A stretch of DNA of 20,000 nucleotides from an uncultured virus (IMG/VR IMGVR_UViG_3300005613_000038) (IMGVR_UViG_3300005613_000038); one strand, 5' to 3'; shown: positions 8,349-16,738, numbered from the stretch's first letter. A program made the numbers and translations. Notes: generated from the sequence alone by a model not told the origin.

Positions 8349-8999
8349 TGTATTATCTCCTTTTTCTGTTAAAGCTTTTTCTATTAATTCTCCAATTTTT
8401 GTCCATTTTTTAATTATATCTTTTGTGCTAGCATAAACTAATTGTTTATCTTCTTGATTAAAAGTATCTTCAATAATTTTCATGGCGGTCTCGAGAATCC
8501 GAGCATTTGAATATGCTGGTTTTACATTCATTAAAATTCCAACACCCTCCCATTCAATATCATGAAGTCTACGAGTACCATCTGCTAATTTTTCTACTGT
8601 TTTTGGGTCTGTGCATAATTCAAAAGACACAAATAATTTTCCTTTTTTAGCTAATTCTATAGCTTCTTTATACTCTTTCGGAAATAAATTCTTAAAAAAA
8701 GAAACAACTATTTCAATTTCATCATTTTTATTTACCCAAGCGTCAACAATAGCTCCACAACCAGCTAATCTCTCATGATTAATATTAGCCTGTGTGCCTC
8801 TTAATTGTTTAATAGATTTTTCAACCGCTTTTTCAGATAAACGAACACCATTTCCATTAGCATCTTCTATTGGACTATAAATAAAATGAAAAAACCCTAA
8901 ACTTGGATGTGGAGACACCAAGTTTTCTTTTTTTAAAACCTTTTTTAATGTTTTTTCTTCTTTTTTTACTTTTGCTGTTAAAATTATTTTATCATTCAT
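7398..8999 (-). CDS. Prohead maturation protease fused to scaffold protein
   Basis: The N-terminal ~200 aa carry prohead-protease-like motifs (DANGNG, NINHE with candidate catalytic His, FVSFE with candidate catalytic Ser, GVGIL..VKPAY). The C-terminal ~315 aa are E/K-rich coiled coil. It lies between portal and capsid genes. Confidence 0.8.
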   Translation of the reverse strand: MNDKIILTAKVKKEEKTLKKVLKKENLVSPHPSLGFFHFIYSPIEDANGNGVRLSEKAVEKSIKQLRGTQANINHERLAGCGAIVDAWVNKNDEIEIVVSFFKNLFPKEYKEAIELAKKGKLFVSFELCTDPKTVEKLADGTRRLHDIEWEGVGILMNVKPAYSNARILETAMKIIEDTFNQEDKQLVYASTKDIIKKWTKIGELIEKALTEKGDNTMDKKAQEALLAKFREDVIAELGEEAVKDWSDEQWEAELQKRASAVDETESKATDASEEKAEESKDKKEENDKEVKKSEDKKVEESKDIEEAVDCECVDCGKVIKSSEHCKDIKCSECGGEMRRKDRPGKGTNKASEDEVKDEESKSEKTTIVTEDKIKIEQTYDDEIKKETTKTEAERVVKRDGKTVVEEKVNREVTYTYAQMEEIKAEYDKQLEEKDKEIAFLKENAKKVVEIRAELGDFVKDLSDEDLIDESKLENARLKKRVHELENKDVETASDKEEEKEDLKTGHEEVDQKEEETADERVGNYLKSKYGKK

Positions 9000-9018
9000 T
9001 TTTATTATTCCTCAAATA

Positions 9019-10803
9019 TTATTTCTTTACCCATTTATTCTTAACTTTTTTATATTTTAATTTAACATTTCTCCAAGCCGCTTTGCGAGCCTTATCGTCA
9101 TCTTTTGTTTCTTTATACACAGAGTTAAATGTATCTATCCAAATACTTCTTGCTCCTTGTGGTAAATTCTTAATCGAATCTGGATAATTTTCCTTAGTAT
9201 ATGGTGCTTCTATATATCTTTTAGTTTCTTCTGTGGCAAATTCTAACGACGCTTGTTCTCTTAATTTATCATCAAATTCTAATTCAGTACATTTTGCGAA
9301 GCATAAATTAAATGCGTTTTTATAAATTCTCTGCTCATCTTTATTTAATTCATCTCTAATTTCATTTGGTATACTTCTTATTGTTTTCATTGGTTCTATG
9401 ATACATTCAGTCTCTTCACAAGCATTTTTATAGTTATCAGCTTCTGGAGTCCCTGGTTTTTTATCATCTGGAATATTTTCATTATCAGGTGATAAATCTG
9501 CTGGGTTTTGTTCTGTATTTTGAACCACTCTTGGATATAATTTTCTATCTAATTTGTTCTTTTTCTCAAAATCTCTTTCTTTAACTTGTGTTTCATAATC
9601 TAAACTGGTCGTATTTTCTAATGCACTCTTTTGTCCAACTATACCTCTATCATACCAAGAACGAATTAATGTTCTTAATTCATCAGTTAAAAATGTTTTA
9701 ATAATTCCAGATTGAACTTCAACTTTTTCATTAACAGTATATTTTCCAGAATTTTTTATTTTAATTTGTTTTACTATTTCATTTAATAATTCAACATAAT
9801 CTTTAACAGCATCTTCCACTTCTTCAACTAATACCTTTGGATTTAAAATAGCTTCTTCTCTATTAGAAGAAAATCCTCTTAATTCAATCATACCTAAAGA
9901 ATATAAAATATTTTTATCTACTGGTTTTAAAATAGCTTCATCTAACGCTTTTTTATAATCAGGAATTAATTCTTCTAAATTAACATCTCCAGCAAAAGCA
10001 CCAACTAATCCTTTTGCAAATGTTTGTTCATCAAAATTTTTCTTTTGTTCTTGAAATTTTTTCTTAATAGTGTCTAAATCTGTTTGTGATGGTCCCACAC
10101 CTTTTTTAATAGCTTCTTGAGTTCCAACTTTAATTAATAATTGATAAGGAAAAGCGGTTTCAATAATATCAGATTGACGTTCTAAAACTTTAATTTTAAA
10201 CAACGAATGATATAAAGCCCCTTTTCTAACTAAATAAGGAACTGGATATTGATCATACCAATTATTATATGGCTTTCTTATAATAATAGTCGTTGTTTCT
10301 GTGTTTCTTAATCTATTACTTTCTTCTGTATGAGGTTTCCCTAAATAATAAGTATTACTATTTAAATTTCCTTTATTATTTTTAACATAAATACTAGCAC
10401 CATCCATTAAATACATTCTTGTTGGCATCCAAAAACCATCAAATTTATGCCATTTTAAATTCACAACAATAAAAGAACTTTTCCATCTTTCTCTAAAATA
10501 TTGTTCAGTAAATCCTCTTAGTCCACTTGGAATATCTAAATTTAAATCTGAATTAACATTATTTTTCCACGATTCAAAAAGTTTTGTTAAATTCGAATTA
10601 GATGCGTTAAAATTTATATCAACAGTTCCAGCATGTATCATATACTCTAAAATAGTACTAATAAGAGCAGTTTTATCGTTAGATAATAAACTATTAATCT
10701 GTTTCATCTGATTATGAAATGTGTTGGCAACTTTAATCTTACCAGTTGGTGAAAGCATCTGGTCAAAAAGCTTATTATAATATTGTTCGACGACAGTACT
10801 CAT
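9019..10803 (-). CDS. Portal protein with C-terminal tandem ChaB-like domains
   Basis: 594 aa directly after terL, with portal-like size and organisation. The last ~60 aa (PYTKENYPDSIKNLPQGARSIWIDTFNS...ARKAAWRNVKLKY...KWVKK) match the ChaB consensus. Confidence 0.8.
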   Translation of the reverse strand: MSTVVEQYYNKLFDQMLSPTGKIKVANTFHNQMKQINSLLSNDKTALISTILEYMIHAGTVDINFNASNSNLTKLFESWKNNVNSDLNLDIPSGLRGFTEQYFRERWKSSFIVVNLKWHKFDGFWMPTRMYLMDGASIYVKNNKGNLNSNTYYLGKPHTEESNRLRNTETTTIIIRKPYNNWYDQYPVPYLVRKGALYHSLFKIKVLERQSDIIETAFPYQLLIKVGTQEAIKKGVGPSQTDLDTIKKKFQEQKKNFDEQTFAKGLVGAFAGDVNLEELIPDYKKALDEAILKPVDKNILYSLGMIELRGFSSNREEAILNPKVLVEEVEDAVKDYVELLNEIVKQIKIKNSGKYTVNEKVEVQSGIIKTFLTDELRTLIRSWYDRGIVGQKSALENTTSLDYETQVKERDFEKKNKLDRKLYPRVVQNTEQNPADLSPDNENIPDDKKPGTPEADNYKNACEETECIIEPMKTIRSIPNEIRDELNKDEQRIYKNAFNLCFAKCTELEFDDKLREQASLEFATEETKRYIEAPYTKENYPDSIKNLPQGARSIWIDTFNSVYKETKDDDKARKAAWRNVKLKYKKVKNKWVKK

Positions 10804-10820
10804 AATTTATTTCCTTTAGT

Positions 10821-13589
10821 CTATGAGCAAAAAGCTCGTTTAACTTTTTTATATTGTCTTTTTAAAATATTAAATTGATTAAAAAATCTACAAATTGCAA
10901 AAACTTGAAATGCTTGAACTAAATGGTTTGCACCTTTTGAATCAAAAAGTGTTTTTAATTTATTTCTTTTGCATATAATATTTGAAAATTGGTCTTCAAA
11001 TTTTGCGTCTGGTGGTGTTTCAAATTCACCGCTATAAAAAAACTTTTCTAATTCCGAAAACGACCAATGCTCTGTATTAGCTTGTCTCATTATTGGATTG
11101 TTATCGTTATCCATTAATGGTTCGTCGCTCTCATTATCTCTTTCAAAATCAATTTCAATATTTTCATTAAATTTGACTTTTAATAAATATTCAGTAGGAA
11201 TTCCTTTTTCTTTTAATCGGTCAATAATAACACCGCCATCGTGTGTAGCATCAATGGCTATATATGCTCCCTCTAATTTTTCCCAAAGCCAATAAAAAAT
11301 CTCAGCCTGTTCATCTTGAATTAATCTATAAAGAGATATGTTATATGCATATTTAAATTTTTTACCATCAAAGAACACTATAATAATTTCTGTTGGAGCA
11401 GAACCAGTACCAATATCAGCACAAACGTATATTTGGTCAGCACCTGCCATTCTTTCTATATGTAATCTATTCTCAAATCCTTCGTAAGTTTTTCTTCCAA
11501 TTTCAAATGTCTTAATACGACCTGTTTTTCTAAAACTTTGTTCTTTCAATCTTGCTATATCAAAAAAGTTAAATGCACCTTCCAGTGTTTCTGCCTCGAC
11601 GTTAAGCTTATATCCAGCAGAATTTCCTGTAAAATGACATTTGCCGTTTCTTCTTATAAAAAAATTATGATAAGGTTGAACTTGAAGACACCATATCTTG
11701 CCTTCATAATGCATCTTTTTTATTTTATTTAAATGACATTGTGCCCCGACATTCATTGTTCTTCCTTCAGAAATAGTAAACATATTTCTGTCGAGTCGTT
11801 TTCGCAAGCAAGAAAAATGACCAGATTTAAAAATTAATTCTTGTAGGTCATCAGCTAGTTGCGATGATGATGTATAATATATTGTTTGTTTTCCATTATT
11901 TCCATCGCCTTTATTAAAAGCTAACAAAAATATTCGAAGTAATCTTGGCGACCATCGTTTAACATACTCTGGGACTTTTTTATTTTTCGCTCCAACTCCG
12001 CAATGTTTTTTTAAATGTTCGACTAAAGCTTTAGAATTTATCAGAAATGCTTTATTAGAAGAATTATATGTTCCTTTAAAACCCAATCTTTTTAATAAAT
12101 ATTTGATTTCTAATAAATGCTCTTTTTTTGACTGAGCAATAGATATGATATTAGAATAATATCGTTTTCCTGATTTGGTAACTCGTTTCGTCTGAAAAGT
12201 GCATCCTTCTGAGACAAACCATCCTAAAAATTCTGCCCAATCATCACTTTTAAGTTTAAAATTTTTAGCGTTTCGTGAATTAGTTTCAATTTTTATAAAT
12301 TTAGGATTCTCTCCTTTGAATTTAAAAATCGATGGTATCGAAATTTTATTTAAATTTTTAGCAAAAGATGATGTGCAATATTTGCCACGACACGAATAAG
12401 AACAAAAATGTCTTTGATGTTTATTTTTAAAATCTAATTTTTTATGACATTGTAAACAAAATTCTAAATTTTCTGTTTCAATAATATTTTCTAAATGATT
12501 ATTTTTATTCAATAAATCAATTAATGTTTCATAACGAAAACCTTTTTTCCATGTTCGAAAAAGAAGTTTGTGATTATCGGTAATAGCAAAATTTAATTTT
12601 ATTCCGTCATAATAATTTAAATCGCCCTTATAATCATAAATATAAATATGCGATATATTTTCGTATTTTGCCTCTAAAGTGTTCGGATTCAAACTTAATA
12701 CTTTATCACTATATGAAATATTATTATATGTTTTCCAGCCACTATCTGTTAGAACTTCTGTTTTCTCATCAAAACAACTTTTTCCATTGTATTTTTTCGC
12801 TTTTCTTTCTTCAACTTCTTCAGTCCAGTCAGACCTCACATATTGCGGAAGACGCCAAATCCAATTTTTTAATTGTTTATCCTTTAAAATTTTTCCTAAA
12901 GGAGAATCAACATGTAAATCTGGAATACCTGATGGTCTTTCAATATGTCCATAGGACATTTCGGCATCTTCGGCTTGTTCTTGTCCTCTTTTGGTCGAAT
13001 AACTATATTCTTCAGTCCATCTAATATCGTAGTGTTTTCCTTGAAAATGAACTCCTGGATTATCTCCGTCAACTTTTTCATTAACAGATAAAATCAGAGA
13101 ACCATTTTCCCCATTTATTGTTAATGGGTCTCGTTTAACTGTTTTACTTCTTGTTGTTTCTTGTTTTAAATGAAATATTTTACAAAATTTATGAGCTTCG
13201 ATAAACTTACAAATAGGTTCTGTAACCTTTTTTAATTTTTCAAAAGTAACCGATGCAACACATCCCTCTTTACAACCCTTAATAAAGGATAAAACCACAT
13301 CAATAATAAGCCACAAGGACTTGCCGGTGTTCCGAGAACCAATGCTATATAAATCCCCAGCTATCTTTTTTAATGAAAAATTTTCTTCTACTGAAAGAAC
13401 GGGGTCATCGGCAATTAAATATGAATAATTTTGCATTGCAAACTGATAATCCCGTAATACCAATGTCTTACAATTTGGCCAAGTCTGAGGAGAATTTGGA
13501 TTCTCTGGCATTAAACATTCTGTCAACGCTGTGGGATCTGAAAAAAACTCACAGAACTCAATTTCTGATTCTTTTATTTGTGACTGCAT
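10821..13589 (-). CDS. terL: Terminase large subunit containing an intein (537 aa after splicing)
   Basis: Q motif LRDYQ, Walker A GSRNTGKS, Walker B-like IRWTEE, and RNase H-like nuclease motifs YVCADIG and IAIDAT. It lies upstream of the portal. Confidence 0.9.
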   Translation of the reverse strand: MQSQIKESEIEFCEFFSDPTALTECLMPENPNSPQTWPNCKTLVLRDYQFAMQNYSYLIADDPVLSVEENFSLKKIAGDLYSIGSRNTGKSLWLIIDVVLSFIKGCKEGCVASVTFEKLKKVTEPICKFIEAHKFCKIFHLKQETTRSKTVKRDPLTINGENGSLILSVNEKVDGDNPGVHFQGKHYDIRWTEEYSYSTKRGQEQAEDAEMSYGHIERPSGIPDLHVDSPLGKILKDKQLKNWIWRLPQYVRSDWTEEVEERKAKKYNGKSCFDEKTEVLTDSGWKTYNNISYSDKVLSLNPNTLEAKYENISHIYIYDYKGDLNYYDGIKLNFAITDNHKLLFRTWKKGFRYETLIDLLNKNNHLENIIETENLEFCLQCHKKLDFKNKHQRHFCSYSCRGKYCTSSFAKNLNKISIPSIFKFKGENPKFIKIETNSRNAKNFKLKSDDWAEFLGWFVSEGCTFQTKRVTKSGKRYYSNIISIAQSKKEHLLEIKYLLKRLGFKGTYNSSNKAFLINSKALVEHLKKHCGVGAKNKKVPEYVKRWSPRLLRIFLLAFNKGDGNNGKQTIYYTSSSQLADDLQELIFKSGHFSCLRKRLDRNMFTISEGRTMNVGAQCHLNKIKKMHYEGKIWCLQVQPYHNFFIRRNGKCHFTGNSAGYKLNVEAETLEGAFNFFDIARLKEQSFRKTGRIKTFEIGRKTYEGFENRLHIERMAGADQIYVCADIGTGSAPTEIIIVFFDGKKFKYAYNISLYRLIQDEQAEIFYWLWEKLEGAYIAIDATHDGGVIIDRLKEKGIPTEYLLKVKFNENIEIDFERDNESDEPLMDNDNNPIMRQANTEHWSFSELEKFFYSGEFETPPDAKFEDQFSNIICKRNKLKTLFDSKGANHLVQAFQVFAICRFFNQFNILKRQYKKVKRAFCS
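11622..12776 (-). mobile_element. Intein with LAGLIDADG homing endonuclease (385 aa, residues 272-656 of TerL)
   Basis: Block A S|CFDEKTEVLTDSGWK; block B ITDNHKL; LAGLIDADG motifs FLGWFVSEG and FLLAFNKGDG; blocks F/G YEGKIWCLQVQPYHNFFIRRNGKCHFTGN|S. Confidence 0.93.
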
Positions 13590-13591
13590 AT

Positions 13592-13816
13592 TTATCCAAT
13601 TGTTGGTAATCTATAATTTAAAGAACCTCTAGTTGACCAATTTGTTGAATAATCGCTCGCACCTATTTTAAAACGATATTCACTTTGATCAGTTTTTTCT
13701 CTCATAATAGCCCATTCACCATTATGACGAATATGACCATAATAATTATAACCACTTTCTTCTTTGGCTATATCTACAACTTTCATTCCTTCTGTTATAT
13801 TTACATATTTTTGCAT
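13592..13816 (-). CDS. Small hypothetical protein, probably virion-associated
   Basis: 74 aa with SD GGAG and the pattern YYG...W.I.R...NW..R..L.Y. It ends 2 nt before the terL start. Confidence 0.6.
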   Translation of the reverse strand: MQKYVNITEGMKVVDIAKEESGYNYYGHIRHNGEWAIMREKTDQSEYRFKIGASDYSTNWSTRGSLNYRLPTIG

Positions 13817-13841
13817 TATAATTCTCCACTTAATTTTAAAA

Positions 13842-14606
13842 TTATATTGTTGCTCCTAAAATTTTTGAAATATTAGCCTTTTCTACATTCGAAACTTTTC
13901 CAATTAAAGCAGAAGAATATGCTGATGATGACGGAGTAAAATTTGATGTCCATCTAGCAATACCTTTAGAAATTCGAACTTCATCAATTCTTCCTTTTAT
14001 TCTTGATGTTGTATTATAACCACCAAAATTAATAGCATCTAATGCGTTTCCAAGTGTTCCAAAATTACTATTTGTTGTAAGAATTTGACTTTCTCCATCT
14101 ATAAACATGTGTGGATTTGAACCATTACGAACAAAAGCAATGTGATACCAAGTATCAGCAGAAACAGACCAATCGTTAGTCATTATAAAATTCCCACGTT
14201 CTGCTCCAACTCTTCTAGCACCAAAGTGCAATTTATGAGACGTTGATTCTTTTTTAATATAAAGAAAATCAGACCATGTAGGAATTCTATAAGTTAACAT
14301 AAAATATTGTTCACCAGAAATATCAGATAAATTTATCCAAAAATCAATTGTAAAATCTCCATCAGAAAAATACCAATCAGAACTTGCTGGAACTTTTATA
14401 TAATCGCTTCCACTAGAAAATAAACCAGATGCAGTTCCAAATTTCTTTTCTGAAGTATCTAACTGTGCATCGCCATACGCTGTAATAGTATGAGCAGATG
14501 GTGATGAATCAATAAAAGATGTAGACTCATCTGCACCATCACAATGTAATAGTAATTTTGTGTATTCATCACTCTTTGATATATTTAAAATTTTATTAAT
14601 ACTCAT
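13842..14606 (-). CDS. LamG/concanavalin A-like lectin-domain virion protein
   Basis: 'TKLLLHCDG...FIDSS', 'KFGTASGLF', 'DFTIDFWI', 'WYHIAFVRNG', 'FIDG' and 'GRIDEVRISKGIARWTSNFTP' are classic phage LamG_3 motifs. Confidence 0.85.
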   Translation of the reverse strand: MSINKILNISKSDEYTKLLLHCDGADESTSFIDSSPSAHTITAYGDAQLDTSEKKFGTASGLFSSGSDYIKVPASSDWYFSDGDFTIDFWINLSDISGEQYFMLTYRIPTWSDFLYIKKESTSHKLHFGARRVGAERGNFIMTNDWSVSADTWYHIAFVRNGSNPHMFIDGESQILTTNSNFGTLGNALDAINFGGYNTTSRIKGRIDEVRISKGIARWTSNFTPSSSAYSSALIGKVSNVEKANISKILGATI

Positions 14607-14608
14607 GA

Positions 14609-15427
14609 TTAAGATATCTCAACTTGAACTAATTCAGGTTTAAAATATATTCTATTTGCATGAGTTGCTATACCTAAAATTTGCACTATATCACCACTTC
14701 CAGAAGGAGCAGTTTGCGTTATAGCACCGGCCGTTGTATTTAAATAAATAGGACTTCCAACTGTCCAAGACCAAGAATCATCTCTTACAATACCAATTAA
14801 AAGAAAACTACCAGAAGCATCTGTTAAAACACTTTCTAATGCTATTGCTATACAATAAGAAGTGCTTTCTGCATTGGCATCTGCTTTCCACATTTTGCCA
14901 TCGCTTTTAACATAACAAACATTTCCAAAAACCACATTTTCTCCAACAGTAAAATCACCTTTAACACCATGAGCAGTTGTGTTTGAATCTGGTTCTGTGT
15001 CTAAAACTAAAGTATCATCAGTATTTTGTGAGTGTTTTTTATCAACTGCATCTTTAACATTTGCAACAGTAACTTCATTTGCACCACCATCATCTAACTT
15101 TTGATCAGTGCCTTGTGTGTGTGTTTTACTTACAGCATCATCTATTTCTGCTGGTGTAGAACTCGGTTTTCCTGTAATCGCACTCCAATCAACAGAACTC
15201 GCTGAACCGATTTCAAGCCAATCAGTTAAAAGTCCGCTTGAAGAAGCAATACTCCATGTATACATTTTATCTGTGTCAGCAGTAATTCTTACATCATTTT
15301 CTGAATTTCCTGTTATTGGTAGACTAGCATGTGTATCTACTCCATCTTTTAAATGAAAAGCAGATTCAGAATTTATTAATTGTAATTTTCCTGTAAATGG
15401 ATTAACTGTAACACTATATAAAGACAT
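14609..15427 (-). CDS. Head decoration or fibre-like structural protein
   Basis: N-terminal NPFTGKL, fibre-type motif VDWSAITGKPS, two 'DAV.K.H.Q.TD' repeats, and a C-terminal domain (VGENVVFGNVCYVKSDGKMWKADA...WTVGSPIYL...TQTAPSGSGDIVQILGIA) resembling DUF2190/cement-type decoration domains. Confidence 0.55.
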   Translation of the reverse strand: MSLYSVTVNPFTGKLQLINSESAFHLKDGVDTHASLPITGNSENDVRITADTDKMYTWSIASSSGLLTDWLEIGSASSVDWSAITGKPSSTPAEIDDAVSKTHTQGTDQKLDDGGANEVTVANVKDAVDKKHSQNTDDTLVLDTEPDSNTTAHGVKGDFTVGENVVFGNVCYVKSDGKMWKADANAESTSYCIAIALESVLTDASGSFLLIGIVRDDSWSWTVGSPIYLNTTAGAITQTAPSGSGDIVQILGIATHANRIYFKPELVQVEIS

Positions 15428-15429
15428 AA

Positions 15430-16257
15430 TTATTTCCTCTTATCTTTTAAAATATTATCTAAAATTTTTTCTTTTTTTAAATGTGGTGTATTATTTATAA
15501 ATTCTTGAATATCTTTTTCTTCAACTTCATCTATTTCAACAATTTTATGTTCGTTAACTAAAACCCAATTAACATATTTTACTGATGTATGAAATACCCA
15601 AGCATATTGTTCTTTTGTCCAAATATTTGCCTTTACTAATTCTATTCCTCGACGATTATACCAAAATCTACCAGAAAAAAATGGATGCTTTAAAGCTTCA
15701 AAATCTTTAACTCTTCTTCGTAAAAGAATAGGCTCAACATCTTTATTTCCACATTGCTTACACACTATTGGAGCATACAATGTAAATTCATTGCGATTTT
15801 GAGAAATATAAATCTTAAACTTTTTTTCTAACTCTTGTAAAGCTGTTAAATCATTTTGTTCTTTTTTTCCAACAATTCCAGCTTTTTCTTTTAATTGATA
15901 TATAATATCTTCAATTTTATGCAAAGAATCGATTAATTTATCAGGAACAAATTTTGTGTTTTCATCGGCAGTGATTTCAGAAATTTGTTGTTGAATTTTT
16001 AATTTTGTTATTTCTTCAAAAACTAAATCTGCAACATTTTGAACATCTGTCCAATTTTCAAACATATAATTACTTAAATAATCTTCAAAAATTTTCTCTG
16101 CTAATTTTTTATCTTCTTTTGATGTAAATCTTTCAGAAATATTTGTTTGTTTTAACCAAATATTTTTTTGAGCAATTTGTTCTAAAGTTGATTTATCTTT
16201 ATTTTTATTCTGTTTTAAATTTTTAATCCGTCTTATTTCATTCTGTAAATCATTCAT
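15430..16257 (-). CDS. First gene of the late operon; hypothetical protein, possible terminase small subunit or regulator
   Basis: 275 aa with helical/coiled-coil segments, one CKQC motif and an HTH-like C-terminal segment (TKEQYAWVFHTSVKYVNWVL). Function is inferred from position only. Confidence 0.4.
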   Translation of the reverse strand: MNDLQNEIRRIKNLKQNKNKDKSTLEQIAQKNIWLKQTNISERFTSKEDKKLAEKIFEDYLSNYMFENWTDVQNVADLVFEEITKLKIQQQISEITADENTKFVPDKLIDSLHKIEDIIYQLKEKAGIVGKKEQNDLTALQELEKKFKIYISQNRNEFTLYAPIVCKQCGNKDVEPILLRRRVKDFEALKHPFFSGRFWYNRRGIELVKANIWTKEQYAWVFHTSVKYVNWVLVNEHKIVEIDEVEEKDIQEFINNTPHLKKEKILDNILKDKRK

Positions 16258-16274
16258 ATTTTAACCATACCTTT

Positions 16275-16307
16275 AAAATAAAAAATCGACCTCATTTTGA
16301 AGTCGAT
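16275..16307 (-). terminator. Intrinsic terminator immediately upstream of the late operon
   Basis: Minus-strand RNA: (A)UCGACUUCA-AAA-UGAGGUCGA followed by UUUUUUAUUUU. The stem is fully paired only on the minus strand (one G-U pair). Confidence 0.75.
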
Positions 16308-16738
16308 ACAGTTTTAATCTATGCTATTTGTATTAAAATAGACAGAGTGACACCATGCGTGATTATCTTGTGAAAAATTATAAACCATTGGGATAGAACG
16401 ACTTAGCATTCTATCATTTGATAAGCTGTGGTCGAAGTCGAGTGATGCTTCGACCTTTGATGCAGACTGTAAACTGCTCGCTTTTGTTATTTTCTTTCGA
16501 TATGCTATATCGAAACAGTTTTAAGCATTAAATAAATTATTTATTTCTCGAATAAATTTAAATTTATTTGCGTAATAAAGCTCTATATAATAAAGCTTTA
16601 ACTCCTTCTACACACGGTAGATGAGTTATATAACTCTTTTTAAGTCTATTTAAAAAGTTAAAAAGAGAGTAATTTTCATAAATTGTTGATAATAAAGAAC
16701 TTAAATAATAAAAGACAAAGCGATGCCTTTATGTTCTT
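16275..16738 (-). ncRNA. Candidate ~460-nt structured leader or non-coding RNA
   Basis: Bounded by a consensus promoter and an intrinsic terminator, with no ORF in the track. It holds about 11 consecutive inverted repeats, several with G-U pairs that form only on the minus strand. Confidence 0.55.

Noticed and set aside
6326..13081. Alternative-frame minus-strand ORFs 6326-6517, 8084-8287 and 12896-13081
   Set aside because: They overlap or are nested out of frame in the capsid, scaffold and terminase genes, without convincing SD or protein features. A frameshift extension of the capsid into 6326-6517 has no clear slippery site that I could identify.
588..15356. Plus-strand ORFs in the track (e.g. 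7710-8237, 7891-8334, 1781-2092, 12668-13024)
   Set aside because: They are antisense shadows of well-supported minus-strand genes, with Phe/Ser/Leu-rich compositions mirroring Lys/Glu codons and no recognisable motifs.
2658..15427. Diversity-generating retroelement targeting the lectin or fibre genes
   Set aside because: No reverse transcriptase and no template/variable repeat pair differing at adenines was seen in the window.
16462..16477. GCAGACTGTAAACTGC resembles the tRNA-Tyr(GUA) anticodon arm (GCAGACTGTAAATCTGC) with one base missing
   Set aside because: No acceptor stem, D-arm or T-arm (GTTCGA) at the right spacing, and it lies on the strand opposite the predicted transcript. Not a tRNA gene.
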